A DNA stretch of 26,012 bases from contig JAYTHP010000196.1 of assembly GCA_043732485.1 (NCBI GenBank), positions 1-26,012 of the forward strand, in the 5' to 3' direction. The position numbers and the translations under genes are program-made. Every line of letters begins with the position of its first letter. Position 1 is the first letter of the stretch. Below, piece by piece: positions 8,678 to 16,984 of this stretch. The notes beneath the pieces were generated by a model. That model did not search any database, was not told the origin of the DNA, and was given only the letters and a program-made list of their open reading frames with translations. The DNA is from Oligoflexia bacterium. GTDB lineage: Bacteria; Bdellovibrionota; UBA1018.

Positions 8678-9856
8678 TCACTCAGCGGCCCCCCTCCTCT
8701 TCAGCTGGCGATTCAACCACCCATGCACCCGAAAATGATCCCGCACCGAACGCTGCGGATTCCCCACCACCTTCTCGCCTGCTGCCACATCTTTCGAGAG
8801 CAAAGTCTGGGCCCCCACCTGTGCCCCGGCTCCCACATGTACATGATTGACAATCGCCGTCATGCCACCGATATAACAAAAATCTCCAAGCTTGGCGTTC
8901 CCTGCCACACAAGTGCCGCCACACACAATCGCCCCCCTGGCCACTTGCACGTTGTGACCGAGGTGCACTAAATTATCAAGCTTAGCGTGATCACCTACCC
9001 GTGTATCAGCGATCGTCCCGCGATCAATCGTGGAATTGGCTCCCACCTCCACCTCGTCGCCCAAGACCACCCGACCAAAGTGATGAATCTTCTGGTGCCC
9101 CCCACACGGAACACCGCGATCACCGTCGCTGTCTACCGCTTTTTTTCGGGCAGCATAGCCAAAACCATCCGCCCCCAGCACACAACCCGCATGCAGCCGC
9201 ACCCGCTTGCCAATCCAGGTGCCGTCGTACATCACCACCCGGGGGAAGAGCACCGATTGCTCCCCAATCTGGCAATCTTCACCCACCACGCATCCCGGAT
9301 AAAGCCTCGCGCCTGCCTCAATCACAGTTCCCGCACCCACTACACAGTGCGCCTCGATTACCACGCCACTTGCGAGCTGCACCCCGTCTCCGATCACCGC
9401 ACTCGCGTGAACCTGCGGGGGAGAAAGCGTCAGCGACATTGGAGAGTGGGTGGTTTGCGGGAGATGACTACTTTTGAGCTGAGCTTGCGCAAAATGCTCC
9501 GACAGCACAGCCATCGCGAGATAAGGATCGCTTGCCGCCACCACCACCGTGCGACCCCAGAAAGGGAAGGGCACTGCAAGCAGGGGCGTCACAAAATCAA
9601 AACCCGTGACCAGGATCCCTGCCCCAACACTTGCAAGTTCCGCTTGATATTTTCGGGAAAAGAAAAACACCAGATGCTCAGGCTGAGATCCCGCAAGCGG
9701 CGCGAAACGCCTGACCTGGGCTTGCTGGGGATCAGCAAAAAAACGCTGAGCGCTCTTTTGCTCGGTTTTTCCATCGCTTTTCTGGTCGCTTGGGCCCACC
9801 ACCCGACAGCGAATCTGGTGCTGCTCCAAGAGCGCTAAAACTTCCGCAACAGTCAC
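8678..9856 (-). CDS. lpxD: UDP-3-O-acyl-glucosamine N-acyltransferase
   Basis: DPYLA, hexapeptide repeats, GADGFGY, VEVGANSTIDRG, KLDNLVHLGHNV, GNPQR. Start placed at GTG 9856 with AAGGAG upstream; the track gives 9919. Confidence 0.94.
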   Translation of the reverse strand: MTVAEVLALLEQHQIRCRVVGPSDQKSDGKTEQKSAQRFFADPQQAQVRRFAPLAGSQPEHLVFFFSRKYQAELASVGAGILVTGFDFVTPLLAVPFPFWGRTVVVAASDPYLAMAVLSEHFAQAQLKSSHLPQTTHSPMSLTLSPPQVHASAVIGDGVQLASGVVIEAHCVVGAGTVIEAGARLYPGCVVGEDCQIGEQSVLFPRVVMYDGTWIGKRVRLHAGCVLGADGFGYAARKKAVDSDGDRGVPCGGHQKIHHFGRVVLGDEVEVGANSTIDRGTIADTRVGDHAKLDNLVHLGHNVQVARGAIVCGGTCVAGNAKLGDFCYIGGMTAIVNHVHVGAGAQVGAQTLLSKDVAAGEKVVGNPQRSVRDHFRVHGWLNRQLKRRGAAE

Positions 9857-10026
9857 TGGCCACGACTCCTTGCTGCACTCGGCGCAACACCCTAACAAAA
9901 CGCTTGCCCACCTGTGCATTTTTTAGGCACAGCTTTACAAGCAAGCGTTGTTCAATTTTTTAATGACTTCTCAGTAAGATGACTGGGTGAGGGCTAAGAG
10001 CAACCTCCGATCAAGAGACCCAGCGC

Positions 10027-10596
10027 TTAGGACTTCGACTCTGACTTGTTCTCTTTATCAAACTCGACAATCACGTCCGTGGTCAAGTCAGCCTTGGGAT
10101 CCGAGTAAAGCACCACGTTTTGATTCTTTTCAAAAACAAATTCATAGCCACGCTTTTTCGCTTCCTTCTCAATCACCACCCTCAGGCTATTGATGATCGG
10201 CTGCGTCAGGTCAGCTTCCTTCTGCTGAATTTCATTTTGCGCCTTAGCCGCCATCTCCTGAAACTTCATGATGCGCTCTTGCAGATCGTTTTGCTTCTGG
10301 GAGCGAGCTTTTTCACTCATGGCAAGAGACTTTTTCTTAAACTCTTCGCCCTGCTTCTTAATCTCCGCTTGCTCTTCTTGCACTTCCTTATTACGGGCGC
10401 CTAGGTATTTCTCAAACTTCGCTTTGGCTTCTTTGCCCGTCGTCACGGTCTGCAAGGCGTGTTGCATGTCCACCACGCCGATCCTCGTTGGATCGCCAGC
10501 TCCGGCAGGGGCAGCCAGCAGCAAAAGAGCCAAACCGCTAGTCACACCACTCACTAAACTCACTCGAACAGGATTCCAAAAATGATTCATTTGCAT
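10027..10596 (-). CDS. skp: Skp/OmpH periplasmic chaperone
   Basis: Signal peptide, RIGVVDMQ, long K/E/Q coiled coil, GYEFVFEK..VVLY...DLTTDVI; position between bamA and lpxD. GGGAG SD upstream of ATG 10596. Confidence 0.92.
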   Translation of the reverse strand: MQMNHFWNPVRVSLVSGVTSGLALLLLAAPAGAGDPTRIGVVDMQHALQTVTTGKEAKAKFEKYLGARNKEVQEEQAEIKKQGEEFKKKSLAMSEKARSQKQNDLQERIMKFQEMAAKAQNEIQQKEADLTQPIINSLRVVIEKEAKKRGYEFVFEKNQNVVLYSDPKADLTTDVIVEFDKENKSESKS

Positions 10597-10827
10597 ATGA
10601 TTCTCCCAGTAAAACAAGGAAATCATAAACTCACCCCGTCTGACAACACAAAAAATTAAAATAAATAGGGATCCCTCTACCCAAGCTCAGCGCGCTCTAC
10701 CCCGCCCCCCCCGCGCCTGCACAAAACTCCGAGCCTTTCTCACGCACCGCCCGCCAACAAAAAAGAGAAGGCAAGGCAGACAAAAGAAGAGCAAGAGGGA
10801 GAGCGAGGACGCGGAGACATCCTTCTT

Positions 10828-10851
10828 GCAGTCTTTGGAGCAGTCTTTGGA
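10828..10851. repeat. Perfect 12-bp tandem duplication abutting the bamA stop
   Basis: gcagtctttgga x2 (10828-10839, 10840-10851); the bamA TAG is at 10852-10854. Confidence 0.8.
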
Positions 10852-13365
10852 CTAAAACGGCGGTCCGATGAAAAACTGGAAGACCGGGCTGGGGTTCCCC
10901 GCCGGCGCATTGAGCGGAAAGCCCCATTCAAAGCGCAGCGGCCCAATTGGTGAAAACCAACGCAACCCGAAGCCTGCATCCATCATGAGTGGGGCGTTCA
11001 GCGGCCAGCTATTCCAGGAATTGCCGATATCATAGAACAACACTAGCTTGACGCCCGCATCTTTTAGGATCGGATACTCTAACTCAAAGAGCGAAAAAGC
11101 CTCGAAATCCCCGCCAGTCGGCTGCGGCACTGGCTGGTTCCCAATGCTTGCCGGAGGCAGCTGGGGACCGAGCTGAAACAGTTGAAAGCCCTTCATGTTA
11201 TTGGGACCCCCCAGGTAAAAGCGCTGCGACGGGGGCGTTATCCCTGGGCGCAAGTTGACCAGTTGCCCCACTTCCAGGTTAGTGCGAAACACCAGATCAC
11301 CGATCACGCGGTGGTAAAAACGGTTATTAAAGACCGTCTTGGCAAAAGCCAAATCGCCCCCTAACCCCGCAAACTCGGTCGAGAGACTTTGATAACTGCC
11401 GCCTGTGGTTTCAAAGCGATTATTGCGCTGATCCCTCACCACGCTCAGCACCAGGCTGGATAAAATCCCGTGATCGGCGTTCATTTGCGAAAACAAGAAG
11501 GCCTTATCCACCCCGTCAATGCCATCGATCGCTAAATCGCGGATCCCTTCAAATTTATAAGTCAAAAACACGTTGGTGTAATCGGAGATCGGATGGCCTA
11601 ATTTAACGTCAGCCCCACTTTTTTGGGTGTTCCAACGGTACGGGATCGGCACCTTGACGTGATACAAGTCAGCGCCCGTGACCCAGCGCGAATCAAAGGT
11701 GTAAGGCTCGGTAAACCCTAAATTGAAGCTTTGCGAGAGTTGCGAGATCGAATACTGAGCCGCCAGACTGATGGTTTGCCCTTGCCCTAGCACGTTAATT
11801 TCAGAAATTTGGGTGGTAAAAAATGGCCCTTGCACCGAACCAAACCCTGCCCCCAGCGTCACCGTCCCAGTCGAGCGCTCCTTAACTGAGATTTCGACAT
11901 TTAAGACGTGGGGATGATCTTTTTGCGGAACGGTATTAAAACTCACCTCGCCTGGCGCAAAGTAACCCAAACGCTCGACGTTCTCGCGTGAAATCCTCAT
12001 CCGCGTACCATTAAACAGCTCGCCTTCGACAATTTTCAGCTCCCGGCGAATCACTCGGTCTTGGGTTTTGGTGTTATTAATGATGTTAATCTCACCTAAG
12101 TAAGCTAAATAGCCCTTTTCAAAGCCATAATCGAGGTCAATCCGCTTGCTATCCTCGTGAACATTCATCTTGGGGATGACGTTGACAAAAGCGTAACCCA
12201 AGTCCTGATACTTTTCCGTCAACGCCTGAATGTCGGCATTACGGTTGGAGATACTGAAAACCTCATCGTGCTGTAATTTCAAGTCGTGCAGCAACTCATC
12301 TTTCGGGAACAAAAGATCGCCACTGACCTCAAGCTCCCCGATGCGATAGCGCTCGCCCTCTTCGAGGTAAAGCGAAATAAAGAGCCATTTCTTGTCGTCA
12401 CTCATGGTAACGACCGGATGGTCAAGCTTAAACTTAATAAACCCGTGATCCAGGTACCAGAGACTGAGCCGCTGCAAATCCTGCTTAAAAGCCGACTCCT
12501 TGAAGTTCCCCGAGCTATTGAGCGCCGAGAGCAGCCCACCTTCGCGGGTGTCAGCTAAGACACTTTTCAGCTGCTCATCGGTGAATTGGTGGTTATTCAG
12601 GAAGGTGATTTTCTTGATCTGCACCTTATCATAGTCTTGCACCCGGTAGATGAGCTCTACTTCCTCGTCACTGAGCGGCTTGATCTCGTAACTGACCCGC
12701 GCCAGGTAAAAGCCCTTTTCCTCATAATGCTTTTGAATCCGTAAAACGTCTTGCTGCACCTTGTGAATGTCAAGAATCGACCATTCTTTCAGCTTCACCA
12801 CATCTCTTAAGTCATGGGTGCTAATGCGATCGTTCCCGGCAAAGTTGAGCTCAGCAATCACCGGCCGCTCCCGCACCACGATCCAAACTCGCACCCGCTG
12901 GCTTGCGGTCTTGGTCAGCTCCACCGTCACGTCATCAAAGAAACCTAAGCGAAAGACGGCGCGAATCGCCTCACGCACCGACTCAGAGGTGAGCAGCTCC
13001 CCACGCTTCAGCGGTATTTTCGCTAAAACCGCCTCCTTTTCAATGCGTTTCAGCCCGCGAACCCGCACGTCAGTAATCCTTGCATCAGTGAAAGACAAAG
13101 CAGCCGTCGTCGGTAAGGGTGAGGGTGCCACCGCCGCTGCGCTGGGTTGCAGCGTTAATTCTTGAGTAATAGACTCCGGAATTTCAGACGGCGCTTCAGC
13201 AGCCGCAGCAGGCCTGAAATAAAAACCCACCGGACTTATCGTCATCAAAAAAGCGACCAAAAGCGAAGAAACTGATTTTTGAGGAATCAGACGAGGGGGT
13301 AACGGATGGGGGTTTTGAGCAATCACTGACTTTAATCTGTAGTTTGCCGAGCAAGGCTGTGTCAA
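10852..13365 (-). CDS. bamA: Outer membrane protein assembly factor BamA (start codon uncertain)
   Basis: POTRA repeats (GLKRIE, GFFDDV, YEEKGFY, KTQDRVIRRE, LGYF, VKERSTG), FTEPY, RFYLGGPNNMKGF, GFGLRWFSPIGPLRFEWG, terminal Phe. Confidence 0.96.
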   Translation of the reverse strand: MTQPCSANYRLKSVIAQNPHPLPPRLIPQKSVSSLLVAFLMTISPVGFYFRPAAAAEAPSEIPESITQELTLQPSAAAVAPSPLPTTAALSFTDARITDVRVRGLKRIEKEAVLAKIPLKRGELLTSESVREAIRAVFRLGFFDDVTVELTKTASQRVRVWIVVRERPVIAELNFAGNDRISTHDLRDVVKLKEWSILDIHKVQQDVLRIQKHYEEKGFYLARVSYEIKPLSDEEVELIYRVQDYDKVQIKKITFLNNHQFTDEQLKSVLADTREGGLLSALNSSGNFKESAFKQDLQRLSLWYLDHGFIKFKLDHPVVTMSDDKKWLFISLYLEEGERYRIGELEVSGDLLFPKDELLHDLKLQHDEVFSISNRNADIQALTEKYQDLGYAFVNVIPKMNVHEDSKRIDLDYGFEKGYLAYLGEINIINNTKTQDRVIRRELKIVEGELFNGTRMRISRENVERLGYFAPGEVSFNTVPQKDHPHVLNVEISVKERSTGTVTLGAGFGSVQGPFFTTQISEINVLGQGQTISLAAQYSISQLSQSFNLGFTEPYTFDSRWVTGADLYHVKVPIPYRWNTQKSGADVKLGHPISDYTNVFLTYKFEGIRDLAIDGIDGVDKAFLFSQMNADHGILSSLVLSVVRDQRNNRFETTGGSYQSLSTEFAGLGGDLAFAKTVFNNRFYHRVIGDLVFRTNLEVGQLVNLRPGITPPSQRFYLGGPNNMKGFQLFQLGPQLPPASIGNQPVPQPTGGDFEAFSLFELEYPILKDAGVKLVLFYDIGNSWNSWPLNAPLMMDAGFGLRWFSPIGPLRFEWGFPLNAPAGNPSPVFQFFIGPPF

Positions 13366-13447
13366 GCGATTGCTGCAAACTTTAAATTTTTGCGCCTAAG
13401 CCCTGGATTGTGTCTTCATTCCAACTGGCTTCTTGCCCCAGCAATTA

Positions 13448-15652
13448 CTAGCGCCAAAACGAGTTGAGCAGCTGTTTTTCTTGGATAATTTGTGAATCGC
13501 GGTCTACCCGTGGCACCTCGGCGCGGCGGTGAAAGACACAACGCACATCCACCGCTTGCTCCAAAGCCGGACGTAACCGACCCTGGGCGTCACTGAGGAG
13601 CACGCCCTTAAAAGGCTCGTTTTCCTCCAAACTAGCGCTTTTGAAGAAGTCTTCGTCATCCAGACTATCCAGCGCACTCGGTTCCGACTGCCGATACCAG
13701 AAGCTTTGATCTGCCCGCGCCACGATTTCTTTTTTGGAAACTGTAAGCTGTTGTGAACTGAAGGCCTGGATTCTCATCCACTCCAAACCGCGATTCAACC
13801 ACTCGACTTCCTCAAACTCCGGTAAACTGCCGCCCAAGCGCTGACAAAAATCGGCCGCTTTTTTGCCGCTTGAGGCCTGCCTTAAAACCCCGCTGATCCA
13901 AAACCGCGAAGCTGGAGCCGGCCGCCCCGCAAACGGATCACTGACTTCAAAAACCGGAATTCGCGAGCGATCCACTGCAAGCTTCAAGTAAGGCGGGTAA
14001 GCCATCGTCTCGCTCAGCCTGACCCCGTCCCCCGCTCTTTTAGCCGCACCGTGAAGACTGGCAGCGGCTGACGACGATTCCCCCACCCTTCCAGCGCGGG
14101 CCTCTTCATCCCAAAGCTGGTCGCTTGAGACCACATCAGGCATCAAGCGATGAAAAAGGTGCCCAAGCTTCTGGCGACACTCCGACTTCGGACACTTCAC
14201 AGCGTGATAAGATCCTTCTTGCAGCAAGCTGCTCGCGTTGTCTAATGAGTTGCCTAATGAGCCTGCCATCAAAGCGCCCGATGCGCTGTCGCTACTGCTG
14301 CTGCTGTCGCTGTCACTACTAATTTTTTTCTTAAAAAGCCACAAATCAAAGCAGCGCTTACAAAACGAGTGTCCACACTCCCCGCTCACGAGCTCTCCTA
14401 AGCTGAAGCGATTGGTCAGCAGCGTCATGAAGCGACCCGGCGCACAATGACAAAAAAAGCACACCGATTCTGCCATCACCGCTGAGATCAAATCATCGCC
14501 TGCTCCGGCTAAAACTCTGGTCTGAGCCTGCGGCCGCAAATCAAAGAACACCGGGCGAGGCGTGGACTCAACCGAGCCCGCGCTGACCCGCCCCCTTCCC
14601 TCCGCTTCAAAAGCGGCAAGCACCGAAACCCCACTCAGCTCCGCTTGCGGCGCCTGCGAATCACACGAGGAGGCAAGCGACACCAGCCCCGAGGAGCCAC
14701 TGGAACCCTGCAGGAGGCGCAAATCACGAAAAGCACTTTGCAAATTAGCCAATAAATACGACTGCTTATGATCAATAGCCATCAGTATTTCCCGTACAAA
14801 ATGCTCTTCTGTTTGAAAAAGCTCGGAGCTGATCAACTGAAACACGACCCGCGGGTGCCGATTGTGGGCCGCAAGCAGCACGGGTGTATAGTTTTGATAA
14901 ATCTTCAGTCCGCCCTGCAACGTTACTTGGGTGAACACCACACCTAAGTCGGCTTTTTGTCGCAGGAGCTCTTGTACCACTTCTCTCAGGCCCAGCGCTG
15001 CAGCTAGCGTGAGAGGGGCCCACTGATCTTTGCGTTTTTGATTCAAAGCAAACGGCGCCGTCCCCTCAGGCGAGGCGCGTAGCCGCTGCAAGACTTGGGC
15101 AAGCTTTTGCTGCACCTCAACGCGCGAACGCGTGAACGGCTGGACCCTCAAGGTGAGTGCCCCTAAGTCGGTGAGCTGCTCCATGAACTGCTCAAACAAA
15201 TCCTGCTCTTCTCCTGACTCAGCCACTGCCCCCTGCAGTGCCCCGTTCGGTAACCCAGTCGACATGGCTTGCTGCTGAGACTGAGGCACCCCCCCCCCTT
15301 CCATCCCCGAACCAACCCGCGACGAGCGCTTGAGGTTCTCAGGCAAAAGTGCGGCAGCAAAGACTGGGTCCACAACGAGAGCAGGAGAGACACCCGAGGA
15401 AAACCCAGCGGAGAATCCACCTGACGCAGGGTGAGGCGCGGCGGCCTCGGGTGAGGCTGGCGCTGAGTGAGACGCGTGCTCCGCTAACTCCAAGAGCCTG
15501 GGCTCAGGTACACTGAGCTTGGGGGAGGCCTGAGCAGTACTCCCAAAAAAGCCTAACAAGCACTGCAGCTGAGTGGCGATCAGCAGGTGCGCAAGTCCGG
15601 CCGGTTGAGGAAACAGCTGAGCAGAACGAGTCAAACTTTTTTTCAGTTTCAT
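13448..15652 (-). CDS. Putative secreted ankyrin-repeat / RING-finger / C-type-lectin-like protein (734 aa)
   Basis: Basic N-terminus, hydrophobic stretch and AQA site; ankyrin-like WAPLTLAAALGLREVVQELLRQKAD and YTPVLLAAHNRHPRVVFQLI; C398-x2-C-x24-C-G-H-x2-C-x2-C-x52-C-P-x3-C492; C-terminal AADFCQRLGGSLPEFEE...FWY...VRCV. Confidence 0.8.
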   Translation of the reverse strand: MKLKKSLTRSAQLFPQPAGLAHLLIATQLQCLLGFFGSTAQASPKLSVPEPRLLELAEHASHSAPASPEAAAPHPASGGFSAGFSSGVSPALVVDPVFAAALLPENLKRSSRVGSGMEGGGVPQSQQQAMSTGLPNGALQGAVAESGEEQDLFEQFMEQLTDLGALTLRVQPFTRSRVEVQQKLAQVLQRLRASPEGTAPFALNQKRKDQWAPLTLAAALGLREVVQELLRQKADLGVVFTQVTLQGGLKIYQNYTPVLLAAHNRHPRVVFQLISSELFQTEEHFVREILMAIDHKQSYLLANLQSAFRDLRLLQGSSGSSGLVSLASSCDSQAPQAELSGVSVLAAFEAEGRGRVSAGSVESTPRPVFFDLRPQAQTRVLAGAGDDLISAVMAESVCFFCHCAPGRFMTLLTNRFSLGELVSGECGHSFCKRCFDLWLFKKKISSDSDSSSSSDSASGALMAGSLGNSLDNASSLLQEGSYHAVKCPKSECRQKLGHLFHRLMPDVVSSDQLWDEEARAGRVGESSSAAASLHGAAKRAGDGVRLSETMAYPPYLKLAVDRSRIPVFEVSDPFAGRPAPASRFWISGVLRQASSGKKAADFCQRLGGSLPEFEEVEWLNRGLEWMRIQAFSSQQLTVSKKEIVARADQSFWYRQSEPSALDSLDDEDFFKSASLEENEPFKGVLLSDAQGRLRPALEQAVDVRCVFHRRAEVPRVDRDSQIIQEKQLLNSFWR
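15289..15298 (-). repeat. G10 homopolymer inside the 5' part of the ANK-RING gene
   Basis: Coding strand ATG GAA GGG GGG GGG GTG; the longest G/C run I found in the window. Confidence 0.85.
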
Positions 15653-15710
15653 AGTAAACTTTAGTCTTAGTCCTCTGTCTTAACCGCGTCAATCAATAAA
15701 TTTAAAAAAT

Positions 15711-15732
15711 AGAGAGAGAGAGAGAGAGAGAG
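15711..15732. repeat. (AG)11 / (CT)11 dinucleotide microsatellite
   Basis: 22 nt of perfect AG repeat, about 58 nt upstream of ATG 15652. Confidence 0.95.
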
Positions 15733-16194
15733 CGCAACGCGAACAAAACGAAGAGCAGCAAAGACAAAAAAAGCCCACCCCGAAAGACCGCCAGCGCGGC
15801 CGCCCAACTTCACCGGGGTACAGCCCTTCTTTTCTCTCCGACTCCCCCAACACCCTCGTGCTGTTGCCCTTGTCCTTGGTCCGCAAAAAATGAGCCAGAG
15901 TTACAGCAGCAAAACGTGCGCTTTGCTAGCCCCTCGGGATGGCTGGTAAGCGAGATCAGGAGCCAAAAGAGAACAAGCAAAGGAGAAGGAAGTAAAGAAG
16001 GAAGAGTGGAGAGGGGGCAGTAAAACGGAAAAAGGGAAGGAAAGCTGAGTGCCAGGACCAGATGTTGCGCGGTTGAAGTCCACCCGGGAAAAACTGCGTA
16101 GTCGAGGTGGGCCCCAAGTCCCCAACCGGCCGCTTACCTGACTTTTTAGGTAAATTTTTTGGGACCAACGCACATCAGAGTGCTTTTTACTGGC

Positions 16195-16229
16195 AAAAAA
16201 CCCCCTACCTAAGCGTCGAACTAGGGGGT
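16195..16229 (-). terminator. Possible intrinsic terminator downstream of lolD
   Basis: Minus strand ACCCCCTA-(14-nt loop)-TAGGGGG-TTTTTT, about 70 nt past the lolD stop. The loop is large for a terminator. Confidence 0.55.
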
Positions 16230-16297
16230 CACCCCTGCTCTTCTCCCTTCTGCTGCTGCTTTTTTGTCAAAAAAGGCTTGCCAGGAGAGACCCTCAC

Positions 16298-16984
16298 TCA
16301 CTCCGCAACAAACTGACCGTCGCGCATCACCAGCGTGCGATGCATCTGGCTTGCCAGCGCCTGGTCGTGGGTGACCAGCAGGACCGAGACTCCTGTGGCT
16401 TGATTAAGTTGCCTTAACAGTTCCATGACATGGCTGCGATTGGCGGAATCCAGATTACCGGTCAGCTCGTCGGCCAGCAGCAGCTTGGGCTTTAAGATCA
16501 CCGCCCTGGCAATCGCCACCCGTTGCTGCTCGCCGCCTGAGAGCTCATGCGGGCGATGACTGGCACGGTGCTTCAAGCCCACGAAGCTCAGCAGCTCGCG
16601 GGCCTGGCGCTCTGAGGTCTCACGCGGATGGCCCGCAATCCAGGTGGGCATCAGCACGTTCTCGAGCGCCGAGAACTCGGGCAAGAGATAGTGGAACTGA
16701 AAGATAAACCCGAGACAACGGTTGCGAAAAAAGGCTAGTTTTTTTTCGGAAAAAGCAAAAAGGTTTTCTTGCGGCTGACCAAAAAGCACTTCCCCGGCGC
16801 TAGGCGGCTCAAGCGTGCCTAAGATATGGAGCAGCGTGCTTTTTCCTACCCCCGAGGCCCCGGTGATTGCTACCATCTCGCCTGCCTGCAACGTGAGGTC
16901 CAGACCTCGCACCACGCCGATTTCTTTTTTTCCCTTAAAGAAAGATTTTTTAAGGCCCTTGGCCTGTAACAGCACCTTACTCAT
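16298..16984 (-). CDS. lolD: Lipoprotein-releasing ABC transporter ATPase
   Basis: [63 protein letters not shown] 16984 overlaps the end of the permease gene. Confidence 0.93.
   Translation of the reverse strand: MSKVLLQAKGLKKSFFKGKKEIGVVRGLDLTLQAGEMVAITGASGVGKSTLLHILGTLEPPSAGEVLFGQPQENLFAFSEKKLAFFRNRCLGFIFQFHYLLPEFSALENVLMPTWIAGHPRETSERQARELLSFVGLKHRASHRPHELSGGEQQRVAIARAVILKPKLLLADELTGNLDSANRSHVMELLRQLNQATGVSVLLVTHDQALASQMHRTLVMRDGQFVAE

Noticed and set aside
8987..9838. 283-aa plus-strand ORF and the other long antisense ORFs over lpx, bamA, lol, lysS and trxB
   Set aside because: Fully antisense to well-supported genes, with His/Arg/Pro-rich composition typical of shadow frames.
15689..16316. 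Short ORFs in the lolD to ANK-RING spacer
   Set aside because: Their F/S/L-rich translations just reflect the pyrimidine tracts and microsatellite; starts are weak and there are no motifs.
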